This document shows positions 40,046 through 49,564 of a stretch of DNA of 49,564 nucleotides, one piece after another. The number at the start of each line of letters is the position of its first letter. Position 1 is the stretch's first letter. The DNA lies in contig JAUSGZ010000007.1 in NCBI GenBank assembly GCA_030648715.1, forward strand, positions 1 to 49,564. The letters are read 5' to 3'. This stretch comes from a bacterium. Its GTDB lineage: Bacteria > Patescibacteriota > Patescibacteriia > Buchananbacterales > GWA2-38-13. A model generated the notes under the pieces. That model searched no databases, was not told where the DNA came from, and saw only the letters and a list, made by a program, of their open reading frames with translations. A program made the position numbers and the translations under genes.

Positions 40046-42508
40046 CTAGGGTTTGCTCTCAAGCTGCTTGATGAAAGCGTCAAAGTCGGATTGTAGCCCG
40101 GGGTCGAGCTGCAAGGCGCGCTCCGCAGTCTGCCGCGCCTTGACTTTGTCGCCATTACGGGCGTACACCGTGGCCAGTTTGGCATAATGCTCGGAGGTCG
40201 GCGGATACACGGTGAGCAAGTCTTCGTAGAGGGCGATCATGGCCCCCCACTGGGAAGCACTTTCGGCGGCGCGGATAACTCGCAGATACTGGTCTTCCGG
40301 CACGACGCGCTGCAGCTCATCCTTAATGATACGGAATTCGTTGAGTGCGTCGTTTGGCCGCGTGGCCAATGCGAACGCGACGGCCATGTCGATATGCGAC
40401 TCCATGACCGTGCTGGAGAGCGCAAGACCCTGGCGGTAGTACTCCAGCCCTTGCGTGATGTTGCCATCCATCAGGTAGGCTTGACCGAGTTCGAAATACA
40501 ACTGCGGCCGCGTCGGGCTCAAGTTGATGGACTGCTCCACCAGCCGTGCAGCATCGCGCGGCGCATCGGCAATGACGGCCCGCGCACGATTGGCGACGCT
40601 CAAATAGAACAGCTGGTTACGGATGTTGGTCGGCTCCTCATCGACGCTTTTGCGCAGTTCCACAAGCGAATCACGCACGACGTCCCCGACCGTGGCGCGG
40701 GGAATGTTGGAGGCTCCCGCCAGACCCAGCGCATAGGTGGCGTATTGCTGACGGGCTTCCATGCGGCCCGTGTACGATCCGGCGATCGCCTCGTGGAACA
40801 ACACGCGCTGCTTTTCCGGATCGGCCTCCGAGAACGTGAGCAGCGCTTGATAGATCTTATGATTGGTAGTCAGGAGCTGATAGTTGAACAGGTAAAGCGA
40901 GCCCAGCATCGCCACGCCCAACCCCACGAGTCCCGCGCTCTGCACCGAGGTCATGACCGCCCCACCGCGGCCGGCCGGGAGCGGCTGCTCATCGCCGCGG
41001 ACAACGATGGCCGCCAGCACCAGGTGCAACAGCAGAAAAGACTCCAGCGTGTCAAAAACGAACATGTTCTGCACCAGATAGCCAAGCAGGGTTGCCCCCA
41101 GCAGCGTGGCGCCGAACAGGTCGTTGGAGCGCCGCACGTACCGGGCAAGCCACCACCCGGCCACGACGAACATCGTAAGAAATCCGGCCAGCCCCAGCAA
41201 CCCGGTCGTGACCGCCGTATCCAGGATGATATTGTGCGCGCGATCAAACCAGATCTGCGACCCCAGGTCCTTGAAGATCCGCGCGGGAAAATGCGCATTG
41301 AATACCTGCGAGTAGTTCTCCAAACCGTAGCCGATGATGAACCGCACGGGCTCCTGGGTCCACCCCTGCCAACTCGCCCGCCAGGTGTCCAGCCGCGACT
41401 GGGAGGTCACATCTTCCAGCGAGATGGACGCCAGCCGCGCCAACGTCATGTCGCTCTTCACGAATGCGGTATCGCGTGCCAGATAGAGGAGCACGGGCGT
41501 GAGCATTCCCGCGGCCAGCAGCCCCAGGCTGATCTTCCCGGAGAGCGTCCGGCGGCGCAGGAATCCGAACAGCGCGCCGACCATCAGCAATCCGGCCAGC
41601 AACCCGATGAGCGCGCCGCGCGTCTGGGTCTGGTAAAAAATGAAAAAATCAAGCGCCCCCAATCCGGCGACAACGCCGCGGATGACCCAGCGGTTGTGGC
41701 GGAGAAAATAGCCGGCCAAGGCCGCGGCCTGCACCGCCAGGAGTGCGGTCAACAAGCTGGGCGAGGCAACCAGCTGAGAAATCAGCGTCGTTTGCGCCTC
41801 CGAATCCAGCCGGGTTACGAGGTCAAAACCGATCAGGAACACGTCAAAACCCAGAAAACTCCACCACAACAGCTTAACGTCGAATTCGCGGTCGCGGATG
41901 AAGAAATATGCCAAAAAGAACAAGTGGAACAGCAGGTACCCGGCCAAGTACGTGGCGTTGCCGATGGTGCCGGTCAGCCGGGCCCCGCCCGATGACTTGA
42001 GCAGGAACGGGATCTGCAGCCACTGCCCCAGCGCGAACAGGCTCATCAGCGTGCTGACGAAAATGGAAAAGGTCAACAGTGACCGCCAATCTTCCCAGCG
42101 CCGGAACGTATTGGCAACGATGAAGAAGAATGCGCCGACGTGCAGGTACCCGAACAACCCGCCCATCCGCTCGTAGTTGCCCCAGAACCCCCAGGTCGGC
42201 TCGATACCGGTCAACGTAGTGAGCGCGGCAATACCGACGAAACTCAGCACCGCAATGGTCAGCGGCGTCCAACGAGGCCGGAACCTTGGATCGCGGATGG
42301 CCAACGCCGCGTAGGCGACGGCCAGCACCTCGACGATGGAACGGAACAGGACGTTCTTGAGGACGATGAACGGGAAGAAAAATTGGCTCCCCACGGCCAG
42401 CGGCAACAAGAGCGTGGCGAGCGTGCCAAACCGGACCACCCACCACAGTAATTCCGCGACGGGATCTTCGGTCCGCCGTCGCAACCAGGCCGGAAATTTG
42501 ATGACCAT
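40046..42508 (-). CDS. Wzy_C (O-antigen ligase/polymerase-like) polytopic membrane protein fused to C-terminal TPR repeats
   Basis: 820 aa with about 12 TM helices. GTIGNATYLAGYLLF and YQTQTRGALIGLLAGLL (Wzy_C-like loop). C-terminal TPR-like YFELGQAYLMDGNITQGLEYYRQGLAL and YAKLATVYARNGDKVKARQTAERALQLDP. Confidence 0.8.
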   Translation of the reverse strand: MVIKFPAWLRRRTEDPVAELLWWVVRFGTLATLLLPLAVGSQFFFPFIVLKNVLFRSIVEVLAVAYAALAIRDPRFRPRWTPLTIAVLSFVGIAALTTLTGIEPTWGFWGNYERMGGLFGYLHVGAFFFIVANTFRRWEDWRSLLTFSIFVSTLMSLFALGQWLQIPFLLKSSGGARLTGTIGNATYLAGYLLFHLFFLAYFFIRDREFDVKLLWWSFLGFDVFLIGFDLVTRLDSEAQTTLISQLVASPSLLTALLAVQAAALAGYFLRHNRWVIRGVVAGLGALDFFIFYQTQTRGALIGLLAGLLMVGALFGFLRRRTLSGKISLGLLAAGMLTPVLLYLARDTAFVKSDMTLARLASISLEDVTSQSRLDTWRASWQGWTQEPVRFIIGYGLENYSQVFNAHFPARIFKDLGSQIWFDRAHNIILDTAVTTGLLGLAGFLTMFVVAGWWLARYVRRSNDLFGATLLGATLLGYLVQNMFVFDTLESFLLLHLVLAAIVVRGDEQPLPAGRGGAVMTSVQSAGLVGLGVAMLGSLYLFNYQLLTTNHKIYQALLTFSEADPEKQRVLFHEAIAGSYTGRMEARQQYATYALGLAGASNIPRATVGDVVRDSLVELRKSVDEEPTNIRNQLFYLSVANRARAVIADAPRDAARLVEQSINLSPTRPQLYFELGQAYLMDGNITQGLEYYRQGLALSSTVMESHIDMAVAFALATRPNDALNEFRIIKDELQRVVPEDQYLRVIRAAESASQWGAMIALYEDLLTVYPPTSEHYAKLATVYARNGDKVKARQTAERALQLDPGLQSDFDAFIKQLESKP

Positions 42509-42638
42509 AATTCGCGGGATGACAAAAAATGAAATGGAGTAAGCGGAAACGCAACGCCGCGTAAAAAACGGCGTGGTTACGCCACTCTACAGTGTTCGCA
42601 CTCTACCATACCACTCTATGACGGACAAGGGCGAAGAT

Positions 42639-42667
42639 TTGCAAAAAACCATAAATTACGCTAAAAT
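42639..42667 (+). promoter_or_regulatory. sigma-70-like promoter candidate for the WbaP-like gene
   Basis: TTGCAA (42639-42644), 17-nt spacer, TAAAAT (42662-42667). It lies in the AT-rich divergent spacer, 26 nt before the ATG at 42693. Confidence 0.5.
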
Positions 42668-42692
42668 TCGGGCCATCTGTAAAGAGCTGCCT

Positions 42693-44093
42693 ATGGACCG
42701 TGCTAACCGTCGACTACGAACAACGATCCTGGTCATCGGCGACATTGCCTGGATGTACCTGGCGCTGTTTGCGACGCTCGAACTCCGTTACGGGGCCGTT
42801 GACGCAACGCTTTGGTGGGAACACTTCGGCCCGTTCACCATTGTCTTTGCGTTGTGGCTCGTGGTGTTCACCGTCTCTCGGCTGTACGACCTGAGCGTCA
42901 GTGGCGGGCGGACCGACCTGGGCTTCCGGTTGTTCGGCGCGCTCCTGGCCTCGGGCACCATTGCTGCCGCGTTCTTCTACCTCGGGCACAACCGGCTGTT
43001 CACCCTGCGGCCGCAAAAAGTATTGGCTTTGGTGCTGGTCGCCAGTTATGTGGCGCTCTACGTGTGGCGGCTGCTCCTCCTGACGGCGCTGCGGTCGCAA
43101 ACCCTCTCGCGCCGCGTGGTATTCGTCGGTATCCAGCCCATTATCCCGCAGCTGATCGCGGAGTTGATCACCAAACCGCAACTGGGGTACACCCCGGCCG
43201 CCTGGATCAAAGTCAACGGTGAGGTCGCACAAAATATCGAAATATCAAAATATGGAAATGTCGATATTCCAGCGTACCGCGAGGTCACGGGTCTGCCCGA
43301 CCTGTGCCGGCGCCACGGCGCCGATCTTATCGTTTCCGGCATCAGCCCGCGTCAGCACACCACTCTGCTCAAAGAGCTGATCGCATGCCTGCCGCTGAAA
43401 ATAGATTTCTCCGACCTTTCCACCTTCTACGAACGCATCAGCGGAAAAGTGCCCGTCGACGCCATCGAGCAGGTCTGGTTCCTGGAAAATCTTCAGGAGG
43501 GCACCAAACGGCCGTATGAATCCATCAAGTGGGTCGCCGACCTGGCTCTGGCGGCCGTACTCCTGCTGCTGACGCTGCCCATCCTCCCCATGCTGTACCT
43601 CCTGGTGAAGATCACCAGCCCCGGCCCGTTCCTCTTCAAGCAGACCCGCGTCGGCCAGGCCGGGCACAGGTTCACGGCGATGAAGATCCGTACCATGGTG
43701 GTGGACGCCGAAAAGCACGGACCGCAGTGGGCCAGCCATAACGACGCGCGCGTCACGACGGTCGGCCGCCTCCTGCGCCAGATCCGGCTGGACGAAATTC
43801 CGCAGCTCGTCAACGTCCTGCGCAGCGAGATGAGCCTGATCGGTCCGCGTCCGGAGCGGCCGGAGTTCATCGAGCAGCTCAAACAAAGCATCCCCTTTTA
43901 CGAGGAGCGGCTGCTGGTCAAGCCCGGCCTGACCGGGTGGGCGCAGGTCAATTTTCCGTACGGCGCTTCGGTGCAGGACGCGCTGGAAAAACTGCAGTAC
44001 GACCTCTTCTACATCAAACACCGCTCACTTGGGTTGGACCTGAGCATCGTGCTGCGAACGATCGGCACGATGCTTGCCCACAGCGGCCGCTAA
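42693..44093 (+). CDS. polyprenyl-phosphate hexose-1-phosphate transferase (WbaP/WcaJ-type initiating sugar transferase)
   Basis: ATG at 42693 (MDRANRRLRTTILVIGD). The track start at 42573 runs through the promoter-like AT-rich spacer. C-terminal bacterial sugar transferase domain: SPGPFLFKQTRVG, DEIPQLVNVLRSEMSLIGPRPERPEF. Confidence 0.9.
   Translation: MDRANRRLRTTILVIGDIAWMYLALFATLELRYGAVDATLWWEHFGPFTIVFALWLVVFTVSRLYDLSVSGGRTDLGFRLFGALLASGTIAAAFFYLGHNRLFTLRPQKVLALVLVASYVALYVWRLLLLTALRSQTLSRRVVFVGIQPIIPQLIAELITKPQLGYTPAAWIKVNGEVAQNIEISKYGNVDIPAYREVTGLPDLCRRHGADLIVSGISPRQHTTLLKELIACLPLKIDFSDLSTFYERISGKVPVDAIEQVWFLENLQEGTKRPYESIKWVADLALAAVLLLLTLPILPMLYLLVKITSPGPFLFKQTRVGQAGHRFTAMKIRTMVVDAEKHGPQWASHNDARVTTVGRLLRQIRLDEIPQLVNVLRSEMSLIGPRPERPEFIEQLKQSIPFYEERLLVKPGLTGWAQVNFPYGASVQDALEKLQYDLFYIKHRSLGLDLSIVLRTIGTMLAHSGR
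43231..43270. repeat. degenerate tandem array of the GAAATATC octamer (5 units)
   Basis: aaaatatc-gaaatatc-aaaatatg-gaaatgtc-gatattcc, inside the linker of the WbaP-like gene (encodes NIEISKYGNVDIP). It shares the 14-mer aatatcgaaatatc with the repeat at 10503-10536. Confidence 0.7.
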
Positions 44094-45407
44094 TCCGAAT
44101 ATTCCCGCAACGGCCAGCGCGAACAGCTGCGGCTGCACCGGCTGGCGGTAGCGCGCGTGCGACAACGGACTGGAAAGCAGCGCGGTCAGCACGATGGCTG
44201 CCGCGAACAGAAAGGCTAACGTCCGGGCCGGCGGAGACAGACGACGGACCGCAAAGGTTCCGGCCAGGGCCAGCAACGTGATGACCGCGCTGAACGCCAT
44301 ACCGACCAGGTGCGCCAAAGAGGGAGCGTCGGTTCTGGTCAGCGCGCCGACCACGGTCCCCCACTGCCGGCGCGCCAATGCCGTCGTGATATCGACCGGC
44401 CGGCCCCCGCTGGGTAATCCGACCGATTCAGCCACGTCCCGCCATCCCGACTGCAGAAAGAACGGGGCGGTTTTAATGATGTAGAGGGGGACGTACGAGC
44501 GCCACTCGGCAAGCAGGATCTCGCGCGCCCGGCGCCCGGCAAACGCATCCCGCACGCGTTCGTCGTTCGGCAGCGCCTCCCACTCGCGGATCAGCTCGCC
44601 GCGCACTTGCCCCGGAGTTTTGCCTTCGCGCAAGGCCTGGGCCTGGTTGGCGTGAAAAAAGAGGAGCAAAAAATTGCTCTGCATCGTCAATTTCCATAAC
44701 CCGAACTGGCGTCCGTTGCGGACTATCCACGGGGACAGCAACCCGCCAACCACGACCACCATGACCAGCGTGCCTGCCAACGCGCGCCGCAGATCAGCCT
44801 TGCCGTGCCCGAACAGCCACCAGAGTATAAGCAACGCCGCCAGGTAGATGCCCGAAAAGCGCACGTAGGTAGCCGCGGCAAGCGTGACCCCGCACGCCGC
44901 GAGCCACGGCCAGCCCCGAGTCCACGCGCGCACGTACCAGTAGAACGCCAGCATCAAGAGGGCAACGAACAACGTATCGCTCATCAAAAGATTTGCCTGC
45001 AGCACCGTGAACGGTTCCAAGCCGTAGAGCAAGGACGACCAGAACGCTATTTGGCGTCCGAACACCACATCCATAACCAGGAATGCGAGCGCAATGGTCG
45101 CGAGCGAAAACAGCTGCTGGACCAGGGCGGTGAACCATGGGGCTGGATAGGCCGCCGTGGTCGCCACCAAAAACAACGGATAACCGGGCAGGTGCAGCAT
45201 CGTGGGCGTGGGAGGATCCCCGGGGTACTCGGAGAACACGCCAGAGCGCCGCAAATTTTGCGCCGCCGTCAGGTACAGCGGCGAGTCATTGGAACGCAAA
45301 AATACCGCGTCTCCCTGCGTGACGGCGGAAACGAACAGGGCTGCGCGCAGCGCGGCGGCACACATCAGCACGATGAGGAGCGGGCGGGAAACGGCGGGCA
45401 GCGCCAT
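44025..45407 (-). CDS. polytopic membrane protein, GT-C (PMT_2/ArnT-like) glycosyltransferase candidate
   Basis: 460 aa with more than 10 TM helices. N-terminal loop NDSPLYLTAAQNL...LHLPGYPLFL resembles PMT_2/ArnT family motifs. Its last 69 nt overlap the convergent WbaP-like gene. Confidence 0.6.
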   Translation of the reverse strand: MALPAVSRPLLIVLMCAAALRAALFVSAVTQGDAVFLRSNDSPLYLTAAQNLRRSGVFSEYPGDPPTPTMLHLPGYPLFLVATTAAYPAPWFTALVQQLFSLATIALAFLVMDVVFGRQIAFWSSLLYGLEPFTVLQANLLMSDTLFVALLMLAFYWYVRAWTRGWPWLAACGVTLAAATYVRFSGIYLAALLILWWLFGHGKADLRRALAGTLVMVVVVGGLLSPWIVRNGRQFGLWKLTMQSNFLLLFFHANQAQALREGKTPGQVRGELIREWEALPNDERVRDAFAGRRAREILLAEWRSYVPLYIIKTAPFFLQSGWRDVAESVGLPSGGRPVDITTALARRQWGTVVGALTRTDAPSLAHLVGMAFSAVITLLALAGTFAVRRLSPPARTLAFLFAAAIVLTALLSSPLSHARYRQPVQPQLFALAVAGIFGLAAAVGKHRADRSQHDAQVQPK

Positions 45408-45410
45408 AGG

Positions 45411-47761
<2,351 letters not shown>

Positions 47762-48766
47762 CTACTTACCTACTAACCTGCCTTCGAGCCCCGCCGCCTT
47801 CAGATCCGCCTCCAGCATGATGTGCACCAGCTCCTTGAAACGCACCTTGGGTTCCCACCCGAGCTGGCGCTTGGCTTTGCTGGCGTCGCCCTGTAGCACA
47901 TCCACCTCCGATGGCCGGAAGTACTCCGGGTCGATGCCGATGTGCTTTTGCCAGTCGGTGACTCCGACCAGCCGGAAGGCTTCGGTCACGAACTCGCGCA
48001 CCGTATGCGCTTCCCCGGTCGCGATGACATAGTCTTCGGGCGTGTCCTGCTGCAGCATCCGCCACATCGCGTCCACGTACTCGGGAGCAAAGCCCCAGTC
48101 GCGCTTCGCGTCCAGGTTGCCCAGATAGATCTTGTCAATCTTGTCCGACAGCAGATCGGCAATACCGCGCGTGATCTTGCGCGTGACGAACGTTTCACCG
48201 CGGCGCGGCGATTCGTGGTTGAACAATATCCCATTGCAGGCGTACACGCCGTAGGACTCGCGGTAGTTGACCGTCATCCAGTAGGCGTAGACCTTGGCCG
48301 CTCCGTATGGGCTGCGCGGGCAGAACGGGGTTTTCTCCGTCTGCGGCACCTCCACGGCGCGGCCGAACATTTCGCTCGACGACGCCTGGTAGAAACGGCA
48401 ATTCACGCCGGTCTCGCGGATGGCCTCCAGCAGCCGCACAGTGCCCAAGCCGGTAACGTTGCCGGTGTACTCGGGCAGGTCGAAACTGACGCGCACGTGG
48501 CTCTGCGCGCCGAGGTGGTAGATCTCGGCCGGGTTGATCTTGGAAACCAAGCGCGCCAGCGCGCTGGAGTCGGTCAGGTCGATGTAGTGCAAAAAGAATC
48601 GCGTGTCGGGCCGGTGCGGGTCGGCGTACAGGTGGTCAATGCGGTTGGTGTTGAGCGAGCTGGAACGGCGGATGAGGCCGTGCACCTCATAGCCCTTGGC
48701 AACCAGCAGCTCGGCCAGGTAGCTGCCGTCCTGCCCGGTGACGCCGGTGATGAGCGCTTTCTTCAT
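47762..48766 (-). CDS. gmd: GDP-mannose 4,6-dehydratase
   Basis: I chose the ATG at 48766 ([21 protein letters not shown]). The track start at 48862 overlaps the upstream GT2. SSSEMFG and [12 protein letters not shown]. Confidence 0.95.
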   Translation of the reverse strand: MKKALITGVTGQDGSYLAELLVAKGYEVHGLIRRSSSLNTNRIDHLYADPHRPDTRFFLHYIDLTDSSALARLVSKINPAEIYHLGAQSHVRVSFDLPEYTGNVTGLGTVRLLEAIRETGVNCRFYQASSSEMFGRAVEVPQTEKTPFCPRSPYGAAKVYAYWMTVNYRESYGVYACNGILFNHESPRRGETFVTRKITRGIADLLSDKIDKIYLGNLDAKRDWGFAPEYVDAMWRMLQQDTPEDYVIATGEAHTVREFVTEAFRLVGVTDWQKHIGIDPEYFRPSEVDVLQGDASKAKRQLGWEPKVRFKELVHIMLEADLKAAGLEGRLVGK

Positions 48767-48767
48767 A

Positions 48768-49564
48768 TCAGGCGCTGTGGCGCGGGCCGTTGAGCACCTC
48801 GCGCACGACATACTTGGGCCGCCGCTTGACCTCTTCGAAAATGCGCCCCAGATACTCTCCAATGAATGACAGCGACAGCAGCTGCACGGTGCCGAAGAAC
48901 AGCGTCAGCAAGATGATGGTGCGGATGCCGCGCTGGCCGGCCGGCAGGTACCCAAAGATATAGCCGCCCAGGTAAAACAGGATGGCCAACGACGTCACGG
49001 CGACTAAAATGCCGGAGAGCGTGGTTATCCACTCCAGCGGCGCATAGGAGAACGAGAACAGGCCTTTGCGCGCGGTGCGCAAGTACCCCAGCATCGTGAA
49101 CTTGGTCGTGCCGGCGGTGCGCTCGCCCCGGTGGTACGGGATGCCCGTGTGCTTGAACCCCACCCAGGCGCGCAACCCGCGCACGAAGCGGTTGCGCTCG
49201 GGCATCGCATTGATGACGTCCACCACCTTGCGGTCCATCAGCGAGAATTCGGAAACATCCAAGGGAATATCCAGGTACGACGTTGATTTCATCAAGCGGT
49301 AGAACAGTTTGTACCCCGCGCGTCGCAGCACGCTCCCCTGGCGGCGCTTCCGGATGCCGTACACGATTTCGTATCCCTCCTGCCACTTGCGCACGAATTC
49401 GGGGATCATTTCCGGCGGATCCTGCAAGTCGGCGTCGATCCACACCACGGCGTCCCCCGTCGCATACTCGGTGCCTGCCGAGTACGTATGGTCCGGAGAG
49501 CCAAAGTTGCGCGACAGCAGCACCACCACGACGTTGGGGTCGGCATGCGCCAGCTCGCGGTAGA
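48768..49564 (-). CDS. GT2 glycosyltransferase with C-terminal TM helices (ArnC/DPM1-like), 5' end beyond the window
   Basis: The reading frame stays open upstream of the track start to the window edge ([21 protein letters not shown]). [12 protein letters not shown] motif and two C-terminal TM helices. Confidence 0.85.
   Translation of the reverse strand, partial: YRELAHADPNVVVVLLSRNFGSPDHTYSAGTEYATGDAVVWIDADLQDPPEMIPEFVRKWQEGYEIVYGIRKRRQGSVLRRAGYKLFYRLMKSTSYLDIPLDVSEFSLMDRKVVDVINAMPERNRFVRGLRAWVGFKHTGIPYHRGERTAGTTKFTMLGYLRTARKGLFSFSYAPLEWITTLSGILVAVTSLAILFYLGGYIFGYLPAGQRGIRTIILLTLFFGTVQLLSLSFIGEYLGRIFEEVKRRPKYVVREVLNGPRHSA

Noticed and set aside
44025-44093. 69-nt convergent overlap between the WbaP-like gene and the PMT_2-like gene, as a possible antisense regulatory module
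   Set aside because: The overlap is most simply explained by late stop codons in GC-rich DNA. The overlapped tails (GKHRADRSQHDAQVQPK and the last residues of WbaP) are not conserved-looking, and no terminator or structure was seen.

Overview
GC-rich bacterial chromosomal window. I saw no rRNA, tRNA, CRISPR array, transposase or integrase. The gene content looks like a monoderm-type organism, possibly CPR/Patescibacteria-like, but that is inference only.

Layout, left to right:
1. Part of the dcw cell-wall cluster on the minus strand: mraY, murD and the 5' part of ftsW. A small plus-strand ORF lies antisense between mraY and murD. A 62-bp duplicate of the murD 3' end lies in the murD-ftsW spacer.
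2. A plus-strand type IV pilus-like operon: pilB, pilC, three pilin-like genes joined by ATGA overlaps, pilM, pilN, pilO and a small TM protein. One pilin-like gene encodes 765 aa with a seven-repeat propeller-like body. The window has no major pilin, prepilin peptidase, PilT or secretin.
3. Housekeeping genes: NifU-like, C39-like lipoprotein, Nudix-like, rpmA, pyrG, rplI, acylphosphatase and an S41 protease.
4. From about 21 kb to the right edge, a surface-glycan region of about 28 kb. It holds dTDP-rhamnose genes (rfbA, rfbD, rfbB, rfbC) with NUDIX, HIT and zinc-ribbon genes embedded, GDP-fucose genes (gmd, fcl) and a UXS-type decarboxylase. It also holds six GT-A/GT-B glycosyltransferases, a GtrA-like protein, a WbaP-type initiating transferase and a Wzy_C/O-antigen-ligase-TPR protein. 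Three further large polytopic GT-C-like proteins and an S8 protease with FG-GAP repeats complete it.

Most interesting signals not explained by genes:
- A 109-nt element occurs twice, upstream of mraY and upstream of a large glycan-cluster membrane protein. Its ends are conserved and pair so as to bury the start codon, and there is one compensatory base-pair change between the copies.
- A perfect (TCGAAATA)x4 tandem repeat sits in the first codons of a pilin-like gene. A degenerate array of the same octamer sits inside the WbaP-like gene.
- A Shine-Dalgarno/anti-Shine-Dalgarno GTAG/CTAC repeat structure precedes the polyprenyl-phosphate GT2.

Many long ORFs in the supplied track are antisense shadows typical of GC-rich DNA, or N-terminal over-extensions. 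I did not call them.
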